Positions 38,452 through 49,024 of a stretch of 64,000 nt of DNA are shown one piece after another. The DNA lies in the NCBI GenBank assembly GCA_965223905.1, contig CBDCXV010000011.1, positions 128,001-192,000 of the forward strand, written 5' to 3'. The translations under genes and the position numbers were made by a program. The stretch comes from Candidatus Latescibacterota bacterium (GTDB lineage Bacteria; Latescibacterota; UBA2968; UBA8231). Positions within the stretch are counted from its first letter, which is position 1. Every line of letters starts with the position of its first letter. The notes under the pieces are model-generated. The model saw nothing but the letters and a program-made list of their open reading frames with translations. It was not told where the DNA came from and did no database searches.

Positions 38452-39651
38452 CTACTCCAGGTAACCCAGGTCGCGCAAACGGCGTTCGACCAAGCCATCC
38501 TGCCCCGCTTCCAGTGGCGTCGGCAGAGGGCGACCTGCATACTCGCTGCTCTCCAGGAGCCGGCGATACCTGCCGGTATACGCGGCCACGGTCCGCGGCT
38601 GTGCCACCGGTTCCAGGACGCGGTCCGTTAGTGTCTCGGTAAGTACACCCGTCCCGGAGCCTTCGTCGAAGACGAACTTCCTGCCCTCGTCGAAAAGGGC
38701 CCACAGCAACCCCCTCTCCGGTTCCTTTTCCGCTTCATCTCCGGGCATCTCGATCCCCCTGCCCCCGCCTTCCAGGGGAACGATCTGGGCGAGGTAGTGC
38801 TCGCTTGGTCCGGCCGCTTCCCACAGCGGCCGGCCGAATCCCCGGTAGTCGCGGGGCACCCCCAGCAAACTCAGCACCGTCGGGAATAGATCGATGAGGG
38901 ACACCAGCCTCCTGTTTACAAACCGGAGGTTGTCCCGGAATGGAACGTGCAGCAGCAAGGGGACGCGCAGGACGCTGTTGTCGAGGGTCTGTCCGTGATA
39001 CGGCTCGGCAGCCGTCCAGCTCTCGCCGTGGTCCCCGAAAACGAAGATCGCCCATTCCGCCAGGTCGAAGGATTCGATCAGCGGGGCGAGTTTGCGCTCG
39101 AAGACCTCTTCGACGGCGCGCCGATATCGGGCCGTGACCAGGTCGAGGTGGCCAGCCGCGAGCAGGCCGGCGGTTTCTCCGAGCGCCATCCCGTCAGCCG
39201 CCCCGTACGGGGTATGAGTGCTCCAGTAATGGAGGAGGGCGCACTGGCTTCCCGGCGCCGAACCCAGGCGGGAAAGCACCAGCCTGACACCCTCGTCGGC
39301 CCCCGGCGCGAGCGGTTCGACCGGGAGGCCGAGATCGAGTCCCTCGAAGATTTCCGCGGCTTCCGACAACGCCGTACAGGATATTCCGGCGCCGCGGCAG
39401 AAGTCGAACAGCATCGGAAGCCCTCCCCGCTGGCGGCTGTGGCGCTGCGACAGAATTCCGTGCTCGAAGGGGTATAGCCCCGTAACCAGGCTGAGGTGCA
39501 CCGGCCGGGTTGCCGAGGAGACGGAGAAGCAGTTCGGCGCGAGGCCGAAAGCCGCGGTCAGACGATCGAAGCGGGGTGTTGCGACATCGGGATGTGCGCG
39601 CGAAAGGTGATCGCCGCGCAAGCTGTCGATCGATACCAGGAGCAGGTTCAC
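38452..39651 (-). CDS. Sulfatase-like / alkaline phosphatase superfamily hydrolase
   Basis: SIDSLRGD, SSATRP (no CxPxR), HTPY, GDHGE, LRVPL, IDLFPT and RLRDLGYL. GTG start overlaps the upstream stop. Confidence 0.82.
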   Translation of the reverse strand: MNLLLVSIDSLRGDHLSRAHPDVATPRFDRLTAAFGLAPNCFSVSSATRPVHLSLVTGLYPFEHGILSQRHSRQRGGLPMLFDFCRGAGISCTALSEAAEIFEGLDLGLPVEPLAPGADEGVRLVLSRLGSAPGSQCALLHYWSTHTPYGAADGMALGETAGLLAAGHLDLVTARYRRAVEEVFERKLAPLIESFDLAEWAIFVFGDHGESWTAAEPYHGQTLDNSVLRVPLLLHVPFRDNLRFVNRRLVSLIDLFPTVLSLLGVPRDYRGFGRPLWEAAGPSEHYLAQIVPLEGGGRGIEMPGDEAEKEPERGLLWALFDEGRKFVFDEGSGTGVLTETLTDRVLEPVAQPRTVAAYTGRYRRLLESSEYAGRPLPTPLEAGQDGLVERRLRDLGYLE

Positions 39652-40790
39652 GTTAGCAGGCCGCGGCCGGCGATCTCCCACACGCACTCGACGACGCCCC
39701 GGCGCAGTCCGACGAAGCGGTCGTGAAGAAAGGTGGTGCTGTCGCTGTACCAGGGCAGGAGCTCGATGCGCTCTCCGACTTCGGGGCCCGGACACCCGTC
39801 GGGGACCGTAAAAACACCGTGCTCCGCCGACAGGTAGCGCAGCTCGAGGTCCTCCCGGCCGAGGGCGCGCGGCGCGCTCTCCGACTGGGACAGGGTCTTG
39901 AACCCGGCGTCGAGGACCACGTGGCTGTGCTGGCGGCTGCTGACCGTCGCCAGCACGGTGAGGGCGAACTGCAAGTCTTCTACGTGGCAGCTTTCACGGT
40001 ACATCGCATCCATGAAGATGCCGCCGCCGGCCTGCAGCTCGGTGATCCCCTCGAAAGCCGAGGTGATGGTATAGGTCCCGGTGCCTCCGGCGCTGACGAT
40101 GTCGCAGCGATGGCCCTGCTCAAGGAGAACATCTCTGCTGAGAACCAGCTTTTCCAGCGACTCCTGGCAGGCCCTTTCCTTCGCTTCAGGAGGCTCGATC
40201 TCCAGCACGTGGCCCTCGTACCCCATGATGCCCTCGAGGCGCAGTCCCGGCCTTCGCGAGATCGCTTCGGCGAGCCGGACCACCTCCTTCCCGGGGAGGC
40301 AACCGGTGCGGTTCATGCCGATGTCGACATCTATAAGCACCGGGATGGTCGTGCCCGCGGCGACCGCTGCCGCGGCCATCGGGTCCAGCACGACCTCGGT
40401 GTCGACGATGGCGATGACGCGCCCATGTTTCTGAATCTCGGCGAGACGGCGTTGTTTGCTCGCGCTCCCTAACTGGTTGGCGAGCAGGATATCGCCGACG
40501 CCGTGGGACACCATCATTTCCGCTTCACTCAGCTTCGCACAGGTGATGCCGGTGGCCCCGGCGGCCACCAGCAGACGGGCGATTTCCGGTGATTTGTGCG
40601 CCTTGCTGTGCGGCCTCCAGCCGGTGCCTTGATCCCGGCAGCGGGCGGCGATGGCGGCGATATTCGACTCGAACCTGTCGAGATCGATAAGCAGGATGGG
40701 AGTGTCGAGCTCCTCCTTGTCCAGGCCGACCAGGGACCGGGGTGAAATCGCGGACCTGGGTGTCATGGCAGTAGTGAAGTTCGAGGCCAT
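39648..40790 (-). CDS. DSD1 / D-threonine aldolase family PLP enzyme
   Basis: LDTPILLID, WRPHSKAHK, GITCAKLSEAE, MGYEGH, SAGGTG, DAGFK and SAEHG. Confidence 0.88.
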   Translation of the reverse strand: MASNFTTAMTPRSAISPRSLVGLDKEELDTPILLIDLDRFESNIAAIAARCRDQGTGWRPHSKAHKSPEIARLLVAAGATGITCAKLSEAEMMVSHGVGDILLANQLGSASKQRRLAEIQKHGRVIAIVDTEVVLDPMAAAAVAAGTTIPVLIDVDIGMNRTGCLPGKEVVRLAEAISRRPGLRLEGIMGYEGHVLEIEPPEAKERACQESLEKLVLSRDVLLEQGHRCDIVSAGGTGTYTITSAFEGITELQAGGGIFMDAMYRESCHVEDLQFALTVLATVSSRQHSHVVLDAGFKTLSQSESAPRALGREDLELRYLSAEHGVFTVPDGCPGPEVGERIELLPWYSDSTTFLHDRFVGLRRGVVECVWEIAGRGLLT

Positions 40791-40925
40791 TGGCCGGAGT
40801 GAGGGGCGCTGACGGAGACTCCGGCCGGAACCGGGTGGCTCGAAGACGGTAGGTTGCTTTGGAGACAGAAATCCCGACCTGTCGGCGGCCTGCCCGGACA
40901 GGGGAAGTCATCCATGACATTTCCT

Positions 40926-41894
40926 CTATTTGAAGGCATGCGGAAGGCCCCAGGTGTGGGGGTAGAGCAGCTCGCTGCCGTCCAGGGCCAGGGGTGCGAG
41001 CTCCTTCATCAGATCCCCATGCAAAGGCCCGGCCGCGACCGAAGACAGGTTCTGCTCCAGCTCGGCCTCGGAGAAGGTTCCGAACAGGGTCACGTCCGCC
41101 TGCGCAGGACCGAAGGCGGCGAAACGCAGGGCGCATTCGGACAGACTGATTCCGTATTCACCCGCCAGGCCCCCGGCCTTCCGGGCGCTCTGCTTAAGCG
41201 GCTCCATGTGCGGGGGATAGCTTTCGGTGCGGTGGGAGAGGACCCCCTGCAGGAACACCGAGCGCAGCACGACCCCCAGCCCCTGTTCCCGGCAGTCAGG
41301 CAGAACCTGATGCTCGAGGGTTCTGTCGAGCAGGTTGTAGGCCACCTGGATCGTCTGAAACGGCTTCCCCTGACCAACTACCGCCCTGGCGTCGGAAGGG
41401 CCGTAGCTGGTGGCGCCCCAGAAGCGCACCTGGCCCCTGGCGGTCAGAGACTCGACTGCTTCGAGCAGGGGAGCGCTGATCTCCTCGCGGGCGAAGGTAT
41501 CCTCCTCGACGTACACCTGCACCAGATCCAGACTGTCCACCCTTATTATGGCGAGACTGGCGGCGACCGAATCGCACACATGCTCGGCGAGCTCGGCCCC
41601 TTCGAGCTGCGGCCCCGAAGCAGAGGCGCGCAGCTTCACCTTGGTGGCGATGACGGGGCGGGATGCGCCCATGCCCGAGAACGCCTTCCCCACCAGCTCC
41701 TCGCTGCGCCCGTACCCGGCTGCGGTATCGAAGTAGGTGACACCGCAGTCGAGGGCGGCGTGCAGCAGTTTAACGCACTCGTCGTCGGGGGGAGGATCGG
41801 GAAGCCCGATCCCGTACGGCAGTCCGATTTCCACGGTCCCCAGCCCGACCCGGGAAACCTCGAGATCCGTCTCGCCCAGCATGCCGTATTTCAT
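40926..41894 (-). CDS. Aldo/keto reductase
   Basis: VSRVGLGT, FDTAAGYGRSEE, IATK, QVAYNLL and RSVFLQG. Confidence 0.88.
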   Translation of the reverse strand: MKYGMLGETDLEVSRVGLGTVEIGLPYGIGLPDPPPDDECVKLLHAALDCGVTYFDTAAGYGRSEELVGKAFSGMGASRPVIATKVKLRASASGPQLEGAELAEHVCDSVAASLAIIRVDSLDLVQVYVEEDTFAREEISAPLLEAVESLTARGQVRFWGATSYGPSDARAVVGQGKPFQTIQVAYNLLDRTLEHQVLPDCREQGLGVVLRSVFLQGVLSHRTESYPPHMEPLKQSARKAGGLAGEYGISLSECALRFAAFGPAQADVTLFGTFSEAELEQNLSSVAAGPLHGDLMKELAPLALDGSELLYPHTWGLPHAFK

Positions 41895-42820
41895 GAGGCG
41901 GCAACTGCCCCTCTTCCGCGTCCGGAATACCTGACCACTTCCTTGATCCGGCCTCCTTGCTCGGCGAGCATGACCGCGGCGCGGCCGCTGTCGACCCCGC
42001 ACAGCTGCATGACGATGGCCACCTTGAGATCGCCGCCTGCGGCGTCAAGGCAGGCTTGGGAGGATTCCCTGGTGATCCCGGCCACCATCTGCAGGATGCG
42101 CAGCGACCGGTCCCGCAGCTTGGCGTTCTTCGGCTGCAGGTCGACCATCAGGTTGCCCAGGGTTTTTCCCAGCCGGATCATGGCTGCCGTGGAGATCATG
42201 TTGAGAATCATCTTGGTGGCGGTGCCCGCTTTGAGCCGCGTCGATCCGGTAACGACCTCGGGGCCGACCTGTGGCGCGATGCGGACATCTACGCAGGAAG
42301 CCACTTGTCCGGGGACACCGCATGTCAGCAGGATCGTGTCCGCACCGAGGGCGCGCGCCTCGCGGAGACCGCCCAGAACGAAGGGGGTGACCCCGCTCGC
42401 GGCGATACCAATCACGCAATCACCCGCCCCGACCTGGCGCCGGCGCAGCTCTCCGGCCCCGTAATCGCTCCTGTCTTCGGCTCCCTCCACCGCGGCAAAG
42501 ACCGCCTCCGGACCCCCGGCGATCACCGCCTGGACCATGCCGGGATCGGTGTTGAACGTCGGAGGGCACTCCGCGGCATCCAGAACACCGAGGCGTCCGC
42601 TCGATCCGGCGCCGATGTAGAAGAGCCGGCCGTTTTCCCTGAGGGCGCGCACTACGAGTTCTACCGCCATGGCGACTTGGTCCAGCTCGTTCTCCACGGC
42701 CGCGGCCACCGAGGCGTCCTCGCGGTTCATGATGCGCAGCATCTCCGCGGTGGAAACCTCGTCGATGCGGGTGCTGGCCTCGTTGCGCTGCTCGGTCGGC
42801 AGGTCCGCCCAATGTGCCAC
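41891..42820 (-). CDS. murQ: N-acetylmuramic acid 6-phosphate etherase
   Basis: TEQRN, GAGSSGRLGVLDAAECPPTF, EGAED, GPEVVTGSTRLKAGTA and GNLMVD. Start placed at GTG 42820. Confidence 0.95.
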   Translation of the reverse strand: MAHWADLPTEQRNEASTRIDEVSTAEMLRIMNREDASVAAAVENELDQVAMAVELVVRALRENGRLFYIGAGSSGRLGVLDAAECPPTFNTDPGMVQAVIAGGPEAVFAAVEGAEDRSDYGAGELRRRQVGAGDCVIGIAASGVTPFVLGGLREARALGADTILLTCGVPGQVASCVDVRIAPQVGPEVVTGSTRLKAGTATKMILNMISTAAMIRLGKTLGNLMVDLQPKNAKLRDRSLRILQMVAGITRESSQACLDAAGGDLKVAIVMQLCGVDSGRAAVMLAEQGGRIKEVVRYSGRGRGAVAAS

Positions 42821-43035
42821 GGTTGGTTTCGAGAGTCGGTTGTGGGTGATCTTGGAGAAGGGCGTTTCAGGCGCTGAAGAGCGCAGTCCATCCTGTTTCT
42901 CGTGCAAGTATATCACTGCCGCGTCCGGCCTGTAAAGGTCTGCCGCCATTGCCATCGTTCGATGCGGCCCCCTATATTGAACTGATTGCAGAACACGCAG
43001 TTACACCGAAAATCCCCGACTTCTGAAAGCCGTCC

Positions 43036-45786
43036 ATGTCGCTGAATCTGCCCACGAAGTACGACCCCGCCTCGGAAGGGGAATGGTACTCGTTCTGGGA
43101 GCGCGGCAACTTATTCGCCGCACGTGTCAATCCCGGGAAAAAACCTTTCTGCGTCACCATTCCGCCCCCCAACGTCACCGGCGAGCTGCACATGGGTCAC
43201 GCCATCCAGCACGCTATCCACGACAACGTGGTGCGCCGTCGCCGCATGCAGGGGTACGAGACCCTCTGTCTGCCGGGAACCGATCACGCGGGAATCGCCA
43301 CCCAGATGCAGGTCGAAAAGCGGCTCGACGGAATCACCCGGTACGATCTCGGACGCGAGCAGCTGCTCGAACGGATCTGGGCCTGGAAGGAGAAGTACGG
43401 CGACACCATCTACCGGCAGCTGCGCCAGCTCGGCTGCAGCTACGACTGGAGCAGGACCCGCTTCACCCTCGACGACGACTACGTCGAGGCCGTGCTGCTC
43501 GCCTTCGAGCGCTTCTACGACAACGGCTGGATATACCGCGGCACGCGCATGATCAACTGGTGCCCTTCCTGCCGCTCGGTGATCTCCGACCTCGAGACCG
43601 AGGAGCGCCTGCTGCAGGGCCACCTCTGGCACATCCGGTACCCGGGGGTGTCGGGTACGGAAGGCGTCGTCGTCGCCACCACGAGGCCGGAAACGATGCT
43701 CGGGGACAGCGGTGTCGCCGTCCACCCCGAGGACAGGAGGTGGCAGGGGGCCGTGGGGGGCAGGGTGCTGCTGCCGCTGATGGAGCGCGAGATCCCCATC
43801 GTCGCCGACGAGTACGCCGACCCCGAAATGGGCAGCGGCGCCGTAAAGGTCACCCCGGCGCACGATCCCAACGACTACGAGATCGGCAAGAGGCACGACT
43901 TGGCGGAGATCGCCGTCATCGGCTTCGACGCGATGATGACCTCCGCTGCGGGCCGCTTTGCCGGGCAGGAACGCTACGAGTGCCGGAGCAACGTCGTATC
44001 CGCCCTTGAGTCGGCGGGCCTCCTGGAAAGGACGGAGGAGTACGAGCACGCAGTGCCTCACCACGACAAGTGCGGCACCGTCATCGAGCCGCTGCCGATG
44101 GAGCAGTGGTTCATGGACATGAAGGCCCTGGCAGAAAAGACCCACCCCTTCCTCGAGCACCGGGAAATCGCCTACGTCCCCGACCGCTTCCGGGATTACG
44201 CCATCGACTGGCTCGACGATATCCGCGATTGGGCGCTTTCGCGTCAGATCTGGTGGGGCCACCGCATCCCCGCTTGGTACTGTGTTACCTGCAGCGGCGG
44301 AGGCATCACCCCGTCAGGAGACCTGCCGCGCGACCGCGCCCTGGCTGAGGGCAGCTTTCAGGTCTCCGTCGAGGCCGGGGCAAAGCCCATCGTGCAGAGG
44401 GAACCGCCAGATCTTTGCGATCAGTGCCGCGGAAGCGAGTTCGTCCAGGATCCGGACGTTCTCGACACCTGGTTCTCCTCCGCCCTCTGGCCGTTCGCCA
44501 CTCTGGGATGGCCGCAGAGCGAAGAATCCCTGGATTATTTCTACCCGACCGACCTGATGATCACCGGCAGGGACATCCTCTACCTGTGGGTCCTGCGCAT
44601 GGCCTTCACCTCCCTGGAGCTCACAGGGAAGGTCCCGTTCAAAACGGTGCTCGTTCACCCCACGGTGATGACCAGGGACGGGCGCCGCATGAGCAAGAGC
44701 CTGGGAACTGGGCTCAACCCGATGGACCTCGTGCGCCTGTACGGGGCGGACGCGACCCGCTACTCGCTCCTCCACCAGGCAGGAGCGATGCAGGATATCC
44801 GCTTCGATGCCGAAATCGCCGACAACGAGGTGAAGTCCTCGCAAAGCGCGAAATCGGGCCAGGCGTTCTGCAACAAGCTCTGGAATGCGGCGCGTTTCGT
44901 GCTCCTGAATCTCGAGGGGTACGAGCCGGTGGAGGAGCCCAGCCCCAGCGCCGAGCTGGCGGACCGCTGGATCCGCAGCAGTCTGGCCCGAACCATCGAT
45001 CGCGTCGACGAGCACCAGGAGAAATTCCGCTTCAGCGAGGTCACGCGCGCCCTGTACAGCTTTCTGTGGAACGACTACTGCGACTGGTACGTCGAGCTGG
45101 CCAAGCCGCGCCTGCGGGGCCCGGCGCCGGAACGCGCCCTGGCGCAGGAGATCCTGGTCGAGGTGCTCGAGCAGGCCCTTCGCCTGATGCATCCGGTCAT
45201 GCCCTTCATCACAGAGGCGATCTGGCAGGCATTGCCTCGGCACGCCGCGTCGGGAGAAGCGATCATGACCGCGGCCTGGCCTGCTGCCCGAAGCGAGGAC
45301 CTCGACGAAGCGGCGATGGCGGCGATGACCCTCGTGCAGGAAGTTGTCTCGGCCATCAGGAACATCCGCGGCGAGTTGCGGGTACCTCCCGGCAGACGGA
45401 TCGACGTCAAACTGTCGGCGGGGCCTGCCTCCGCGGAACTGCTCGGACGCAATCTCGGGTACGTCGAGACGCTTGCCCTGGCCGAGACCGCGGAGGTTGG
45501 CAGCGGCTTCGAGAAGCCCCCGGAGTCGGCAAGCGCCCTGGTCCGGGATGTCGAGATTCACGTTCCCCTCGAGGGTTTGATCGACGCCGGCGCGGAACGC
45601 AGGCGCCTGAAAAAGGAGATCGACAAGCTCGACAGACTGTTGAGGGGGTTGGATTCCAAGCTGAACCAGTCCGCCTTCCTCGAAAGGGCTCCCGGGGAGG
45701 TGGTGGAACGTGAGCGGCTGCGCCAGACCGAGTACAGGGAAAGCCTTGCCAGACTCGAGGCCAGCCTGGATGCCATCGGACCCTGA
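43036..45786 (+). CDS. valS: Valine--tRNA ligase
   Basis: PPPNVTGELHMGH, DHAGIATQ, SRQIWWGHRIP, DVLDTWFSS, RMSKS and a C-terminal coiled coil. Confidence 0.98.
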   Translation: MSLNLPTKYDPASEGEWYSFWERGNLFAARVNPGKKPFCVTIPPPNVTGELHMGHAIQHAIHDNVVRRRRMQGYETLCLPGTDHAGIATQMQVEKRLDGITRYDLGREQLLERIWAWKEKYGDTIYRQLRQLGCSYDWSRTRFTLDDDYVEAVLLAFERFYDNGWIYRGTRMINWCPSCRSVISDLETEERLLQGHLWHIRYPGVSGTEGVVVATTRPETMLGDSGVAVHPEDRRWQGAVGGRVLLPLMEREIPIVADEYADPEMGSGAVKVTPAHDPNDYEIGKRHDLAEIAVIGFDAMMTSAAGRFAGQERYECRSNVVSALESAGLLERTEEYEHAVPHHDKCGTVIEPLPMEQWFMDMKALAEKTHPFLEHREIAYVPDRFRDYAIDWLDDIRDWALSRQIWWGHRIPAWYCVTCSGGGITPSGDLPRDRALAEGSFQVSVEAGAKPIVQREPPDLCDQCRGSEFVQDPDVLDTWFSSALWPFATLGWPQSEESLDYFYPTDLMITGRDILYLWVLRMAFTSLELTGKVPFKTVLVHPTVMTRDGRRMSKSLGTGLNPMDLVRLYGADATRYSLLHQAGAMQDIRFDAEIADNEVKSSQSAKSGQAFCNKLWNAARFVLLNLEGYEPVEEPSPSAELADRWIRSSLARTIDRVDEHQEKFRFSEVTRALYSFLWNDYCDWYVELAKPRLRGPAPERALAQEILVEVLEQALRLMHPVMPFITEAIWQALPRHAASGEAIMTAAWPAARSEDLDEAAMAAMTLVQEVVSAIRNIRGELRVPPGRRIDVKLSAGPASAELLGRNLGYVETLALAETAEVGSGFEKPPESASALVRDVEIHVPLEGLIDAGAERRRLKKEIDKLDRLLRGLDSKLNQSAFLERAPGEVVERERLRQTEYRESLARLEASLDAIGP

Positions 45787-45938
45787 CGGAGAAGCTCCGG
45801 CCGGCGCATTCCGCACCTGACGCGCAGGGGAAATCCCAGCCGTTTCGACTCATCGAAAGACAGGTTGCACAGCGAGCAACCGGCAAGCCCTGAAGTCCGG
45901 AGATGAACAGGACAACCGGGAACTAGGATCAGACCTAA

Positions 45939-47720
45939 GTGTCCTTCGATCTCTTCACTATCCAGACCCTGGCTTTCGAGCTGAATGCAAAGCTCTCCGG
46001 AAACAGGATCGAGCGCGCCGGCTTCGCCCCTGGGCAGGGAAGTGGGGGAGACGACAATCCACCGGGACGCCAGCCGGCCCTCGCCATTGCCTGCAGCCGG
46101 GACTGTCACTTGTCGTTCGAGCTCGGGACGCACGGATTCGTCCGCCTCCGCTGCGCTCCGATGCCCGCGGCCTTCGCCCTCCACGGCAACCCCGAGCGCT
46201 ACCTCCAGGGTGCTGCCGTCGACTCGGTGCAGGCGGACCGAAGGGATCGGGTTCTGAGAATCCGGCTTGGCCGCGACAACCGGCGGGGGGAAAAGACCTA
46301 TGGCCTGTTGCTCGTCGAGCTGATCCCCCCGCGCGTGCAGGCGGTGCTGGTCGCGGAGCAGTCGCGAGCGATCAAGGGGATCTGGCGAGCCCCTGACAAA
46401 GCCGGGCAGGGGCGTCGGCTGTGGGAGGGCGGAATCTACTCACCCCCCGGAAGACCTCGGCTGCTGCCAGGGGAGGACTCCATTGACCGTTTCGCCGATG
46501 CCCTTGCGGAAGAAATGCGGAAACAGCGGGGAAATCTGCCGCTTGCCCTGCAGCGGACGATCGCCGGGGCCGATCGCGGGGTAGCCGCGGAGCTGCTGTT
46601 TCGAGCCGGATTCACAGCGCCCCGGGAAGAACCGGACGGCCCTCAAGCGACCATCGACGACGCCCTCATCGGGCGGCTGTGGAGCGTCGGGGCGGAGATA
46701 TTTGCCGAGAGCATCGTTGCAACCGGCGGTTTCCTGTTCACCGATAGGGAACGGCTGATGGTTTCCTCCCTGAGGCCCCGGAGACCGGTGGAGGATCTGC
46801 GTCGTTTCGATTCGATACTTTCTGCCTTGGCGGAATGGCGCTCCAGCCGGCAGCGGACCGAGGCCCGAAAGGTCGATTTCAGGCTCGCGCGGCAGGCCCT
46901 GACCCGCGAGCTGCGCCAGACGACGCGCTCCCGGGAAGCGGTCGAGGGGGATCTCGACGAAGCAGCCGAGGCCCCTTCCTTGCTGCAGCGGGGAAGCCTT
47001 CTGCTTGCCAACCTGAACGAGGTGAAGCCCGGGACCGCGCGCCTGGAACTTCCGAATTCCTTTTCGGCCTCGGAGGCGGATCACCTGGCGATCGAGCTCG
47101 ATCTCCGTTTTTCGCCGGCGGAAAACGCGGCGCGGTTCCTCAAGCGGGCGCGCAAGCTCGAAAAGCGCCTGCATGTGCTGCCGGATCGCCTGCGGCGGGT
47201 GCTGCGGCTGGAACAGGGCCTGCGACGGATGCTGGCGAAATTGGAGACCGATTCAGAGGAACTTCCGGCGGATGTGAGGGAATGGATGGAACAGCGCAGA
47301 CCCGAACAGAAGCGGGGGAGAGGAGATCCTGCCAGGGCCCATCCGAGACGCTATCGCACCAGCAGCGGCTGGACGGTCTGGGTCGGGCGCAACCAGCGTG
47401 AAAACGATCAGCTGACCCACCGCATGGCTTCGCAGGAAGACCTCTGGTTTCACGCCAGCGGTTACCCGGGCTCTCACGTGGTGCTGCGGCGGGAGGGACG
47501 CAAGGACGAGCCGGGCGCGCGAACCATCGAAGAGGCCGCGGGACTGGCGGCCTACTGGAGCAAGGGCCGCTCGGCGAGGAAGGTGCCGGTCGTGTACACG
47601 CGGGTGAAGCACGTGTCGAAGCCGCGAGGAGGTGCCCCGGGGCTGGCCGTGCTCAAGCGGGAGAAGACGGTGATCGTTGCGCCCCTGCTGCTTGCGACCG
47701 TGGAGGAGGTGCCGAGGTGA
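45939..47720 (+). CDS. rqcH: NFACT-family ribosome quality control protein RqcH (FbpA-like)
   Basis: MSFD N-terminus, DRVLRI, SPAENA, VGRNQRENDQLT, WFHA..YPGSHV and AAYWSK. Confidence 0.88.
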   Translation: MSFDLFTIQTLAFELNAKLSGNRIERAGFAPGQGSGGDDNPPGRQPALAIACSRDCHLSFELGTHGFVRLRCAPMPAAFALHGNPERYLQGAAVDSVQADRRDRVLRIRLGRDNRRGEKTYGLLLVELIPPRVQAVLVAEQSRAIKGIWRAPDKAGQGRRLWEGGIYSPPGRPRLLPGEDSIDRFADALAEEMRKQRGNLPLALQRTIAGADRGVAAELLFRAGFTAPREEPDGPQATIDDALIGRLWSVGAEIFAESIVATGGFLFTDRERLMVSSLRPRRPVEDLRRFDSILSALAEWRSSRQRTEARKVDFRLARQALTRELRQTTRSREAVEGDLDEAAEAPSLLQRGSLLLANLNEVKPGTARLELPNSFSASEADHLAIELDLRFSPAENAARFLKRARKLEKRLHVLPDRLRRVLRLEQGLRRMLAKLETDSEELPADVREWMEQRRPEQKRGRGDPARAHPRRYRTSSGWTVWVGRNQRENDQLTHRMASQEDLWFHASGYPGSHVVLRREGRKDEPGARTIEEAAGLAAYWSKGRSARKVPVVYTRVKHVSKPRGGAPGLAVLKREKTVIVAPLLLATVEEVPR

Positions 47721-48814
47721 GCCTGACTGCAGGCATCGTCGGCCTGCCGAACGCCGGCAAGACCACCCTGTTCAACTCCCTGACCTCGGCAACGGCCGAG
47801 GCATCGAGCTACCCGTTCTGCACCATCGATCCGAACATCGGGGTAGTCGAAGTGCCGGATGAGCGACTGCGGATTCTCGACGAGCTGTTGAAGCCTGCAA
47901 GCTGCACCCCGACGAGTATACAGTTCACCGACATCGCCGGCCTGGTGCGGGGTGCCAGCAAGGGGGAGGGCAGGGGAAACCAGTTCCTCGCCGATGTCCG
48001 TGAGACCGATGCCCTGGTTCACGTGGTCCGCTGTTTCGAGGACCCCACCGTTTCCCATGTCGAGGACGCCCTGAACCCGGCGCGGGACGTGGATACCATC
48101 GAAAGCGAGCTCATGCTCGCCGATCTCCAGTCCATCGAGGATGCCCTGCCCCATCTCGAACGGGTGGTTGCCACCGATCCTCGCAGCCCGCGCCGGGCCG
48201 AGCTGGAAGCGCTCAAGAAGATGGAAGCCGGCCTGCTGGAGGGTGTCCCCGTGTACGCCAGGAACGAGCTGACACCAGGCGATATGCGGGCGGTGCACAG
48301 CTACAACCTCCTCTCTGCAAAGCCCGTACTCTACCTCGCCAACGTCGGGGAAACCTCCAGGCAGGAGAACGTTCTCGTCGATCAGCTCCGGGCCAGGGTA
48401 GGGGAGGACCGGGTGCTGGCGATCTGCGCCCAGCTGGAGGCGGAGGTGGCACAGCTCGAGGAAGGTGAGGAGAAAGGGGAACTACTGGCCGAAATGGGAC
48501 TGGAGTCCAGGGGGTTGGACCGCCTCGTCCTCGCCGCTTACAAGCTGTTGCGGCTGATCGCCTTCTACACCATCGCCAACGAAAAACTTCAGGCATGGCA
48601 GCTCCCCTCCGGGACCTCGGCCGCGGCCGCGGCCGGAAGAATTCACAGCGCCATGGAGGAGGGCTTCATCCGCGCCGAAGTTACCACGGCCGAGGGCCTG
48701 GCCGCGGCGGGCGGAGAGTTGCAGCGGCTCCGACAACAGGGAAAGCTGCGCACCGAAGGCCGGGATTACGTTGTTCGAGACGGCGACGTCATTCAATTCC
48801 TGTTCCGCGGCTGA
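47717..48814 (+). CDS. ychF: Redox-regulated ribosome-associated ATPase YchF
   Basis: GIVGLPNAGKTT, YPFCTIDPN, DIAGLVRGASKGEG and EGRDYVVRDGDV. Confidence 0.95.
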   Translation: MSLTAGIVGLPNAGKTTLFNSLTSATAEASSYPFCTIDPNIGVVEVPDERLRILDELLKPASCTPTSIQFTDIAGLVRGASKGEGRGNQFLADVRETDALVHVVRCFEDPTVSHVEDALNPARDVDTIESELMLADLQSIEDALPHLERVVATDPRSPRRAELEALKKMEAGLLEGVPVYARNELTPGDMRAVHSYNLLSAKPVLYLANVGETSRQENVLVDQLRARVGEDRVLAICAQLEAEVAQLEEGEEKGELLAEMGLESRGLDRLVLAAYKLLRLIAFYTIANEKLQAWQLPSGTSAAAAAGRIHSAMEEGFIRAEVTTAEGLAAAGGELQRLRQQGKLRTEGRDYVVRDGDVIQFLFRG

Positions 48815-49024
48815 CCGCTGCGTATCCAGCTTGCAGCACAGCCCCTCCCCGGTTCCCCTTGCTGAGGCTGCCCTCGGGATTGCCGCACCTCCGGATTCAG
48901 CGGCAACATGCCACAAATCGGGCCAGTACAGGCGGCACCGCTTGACGGGCCTGCCGCCTCCAGCTAGCTTTTTTACTCTTTTGCTTGCCGCAACCCATTC
49001 CCCAACAGTGAATTAAGCTAACCC

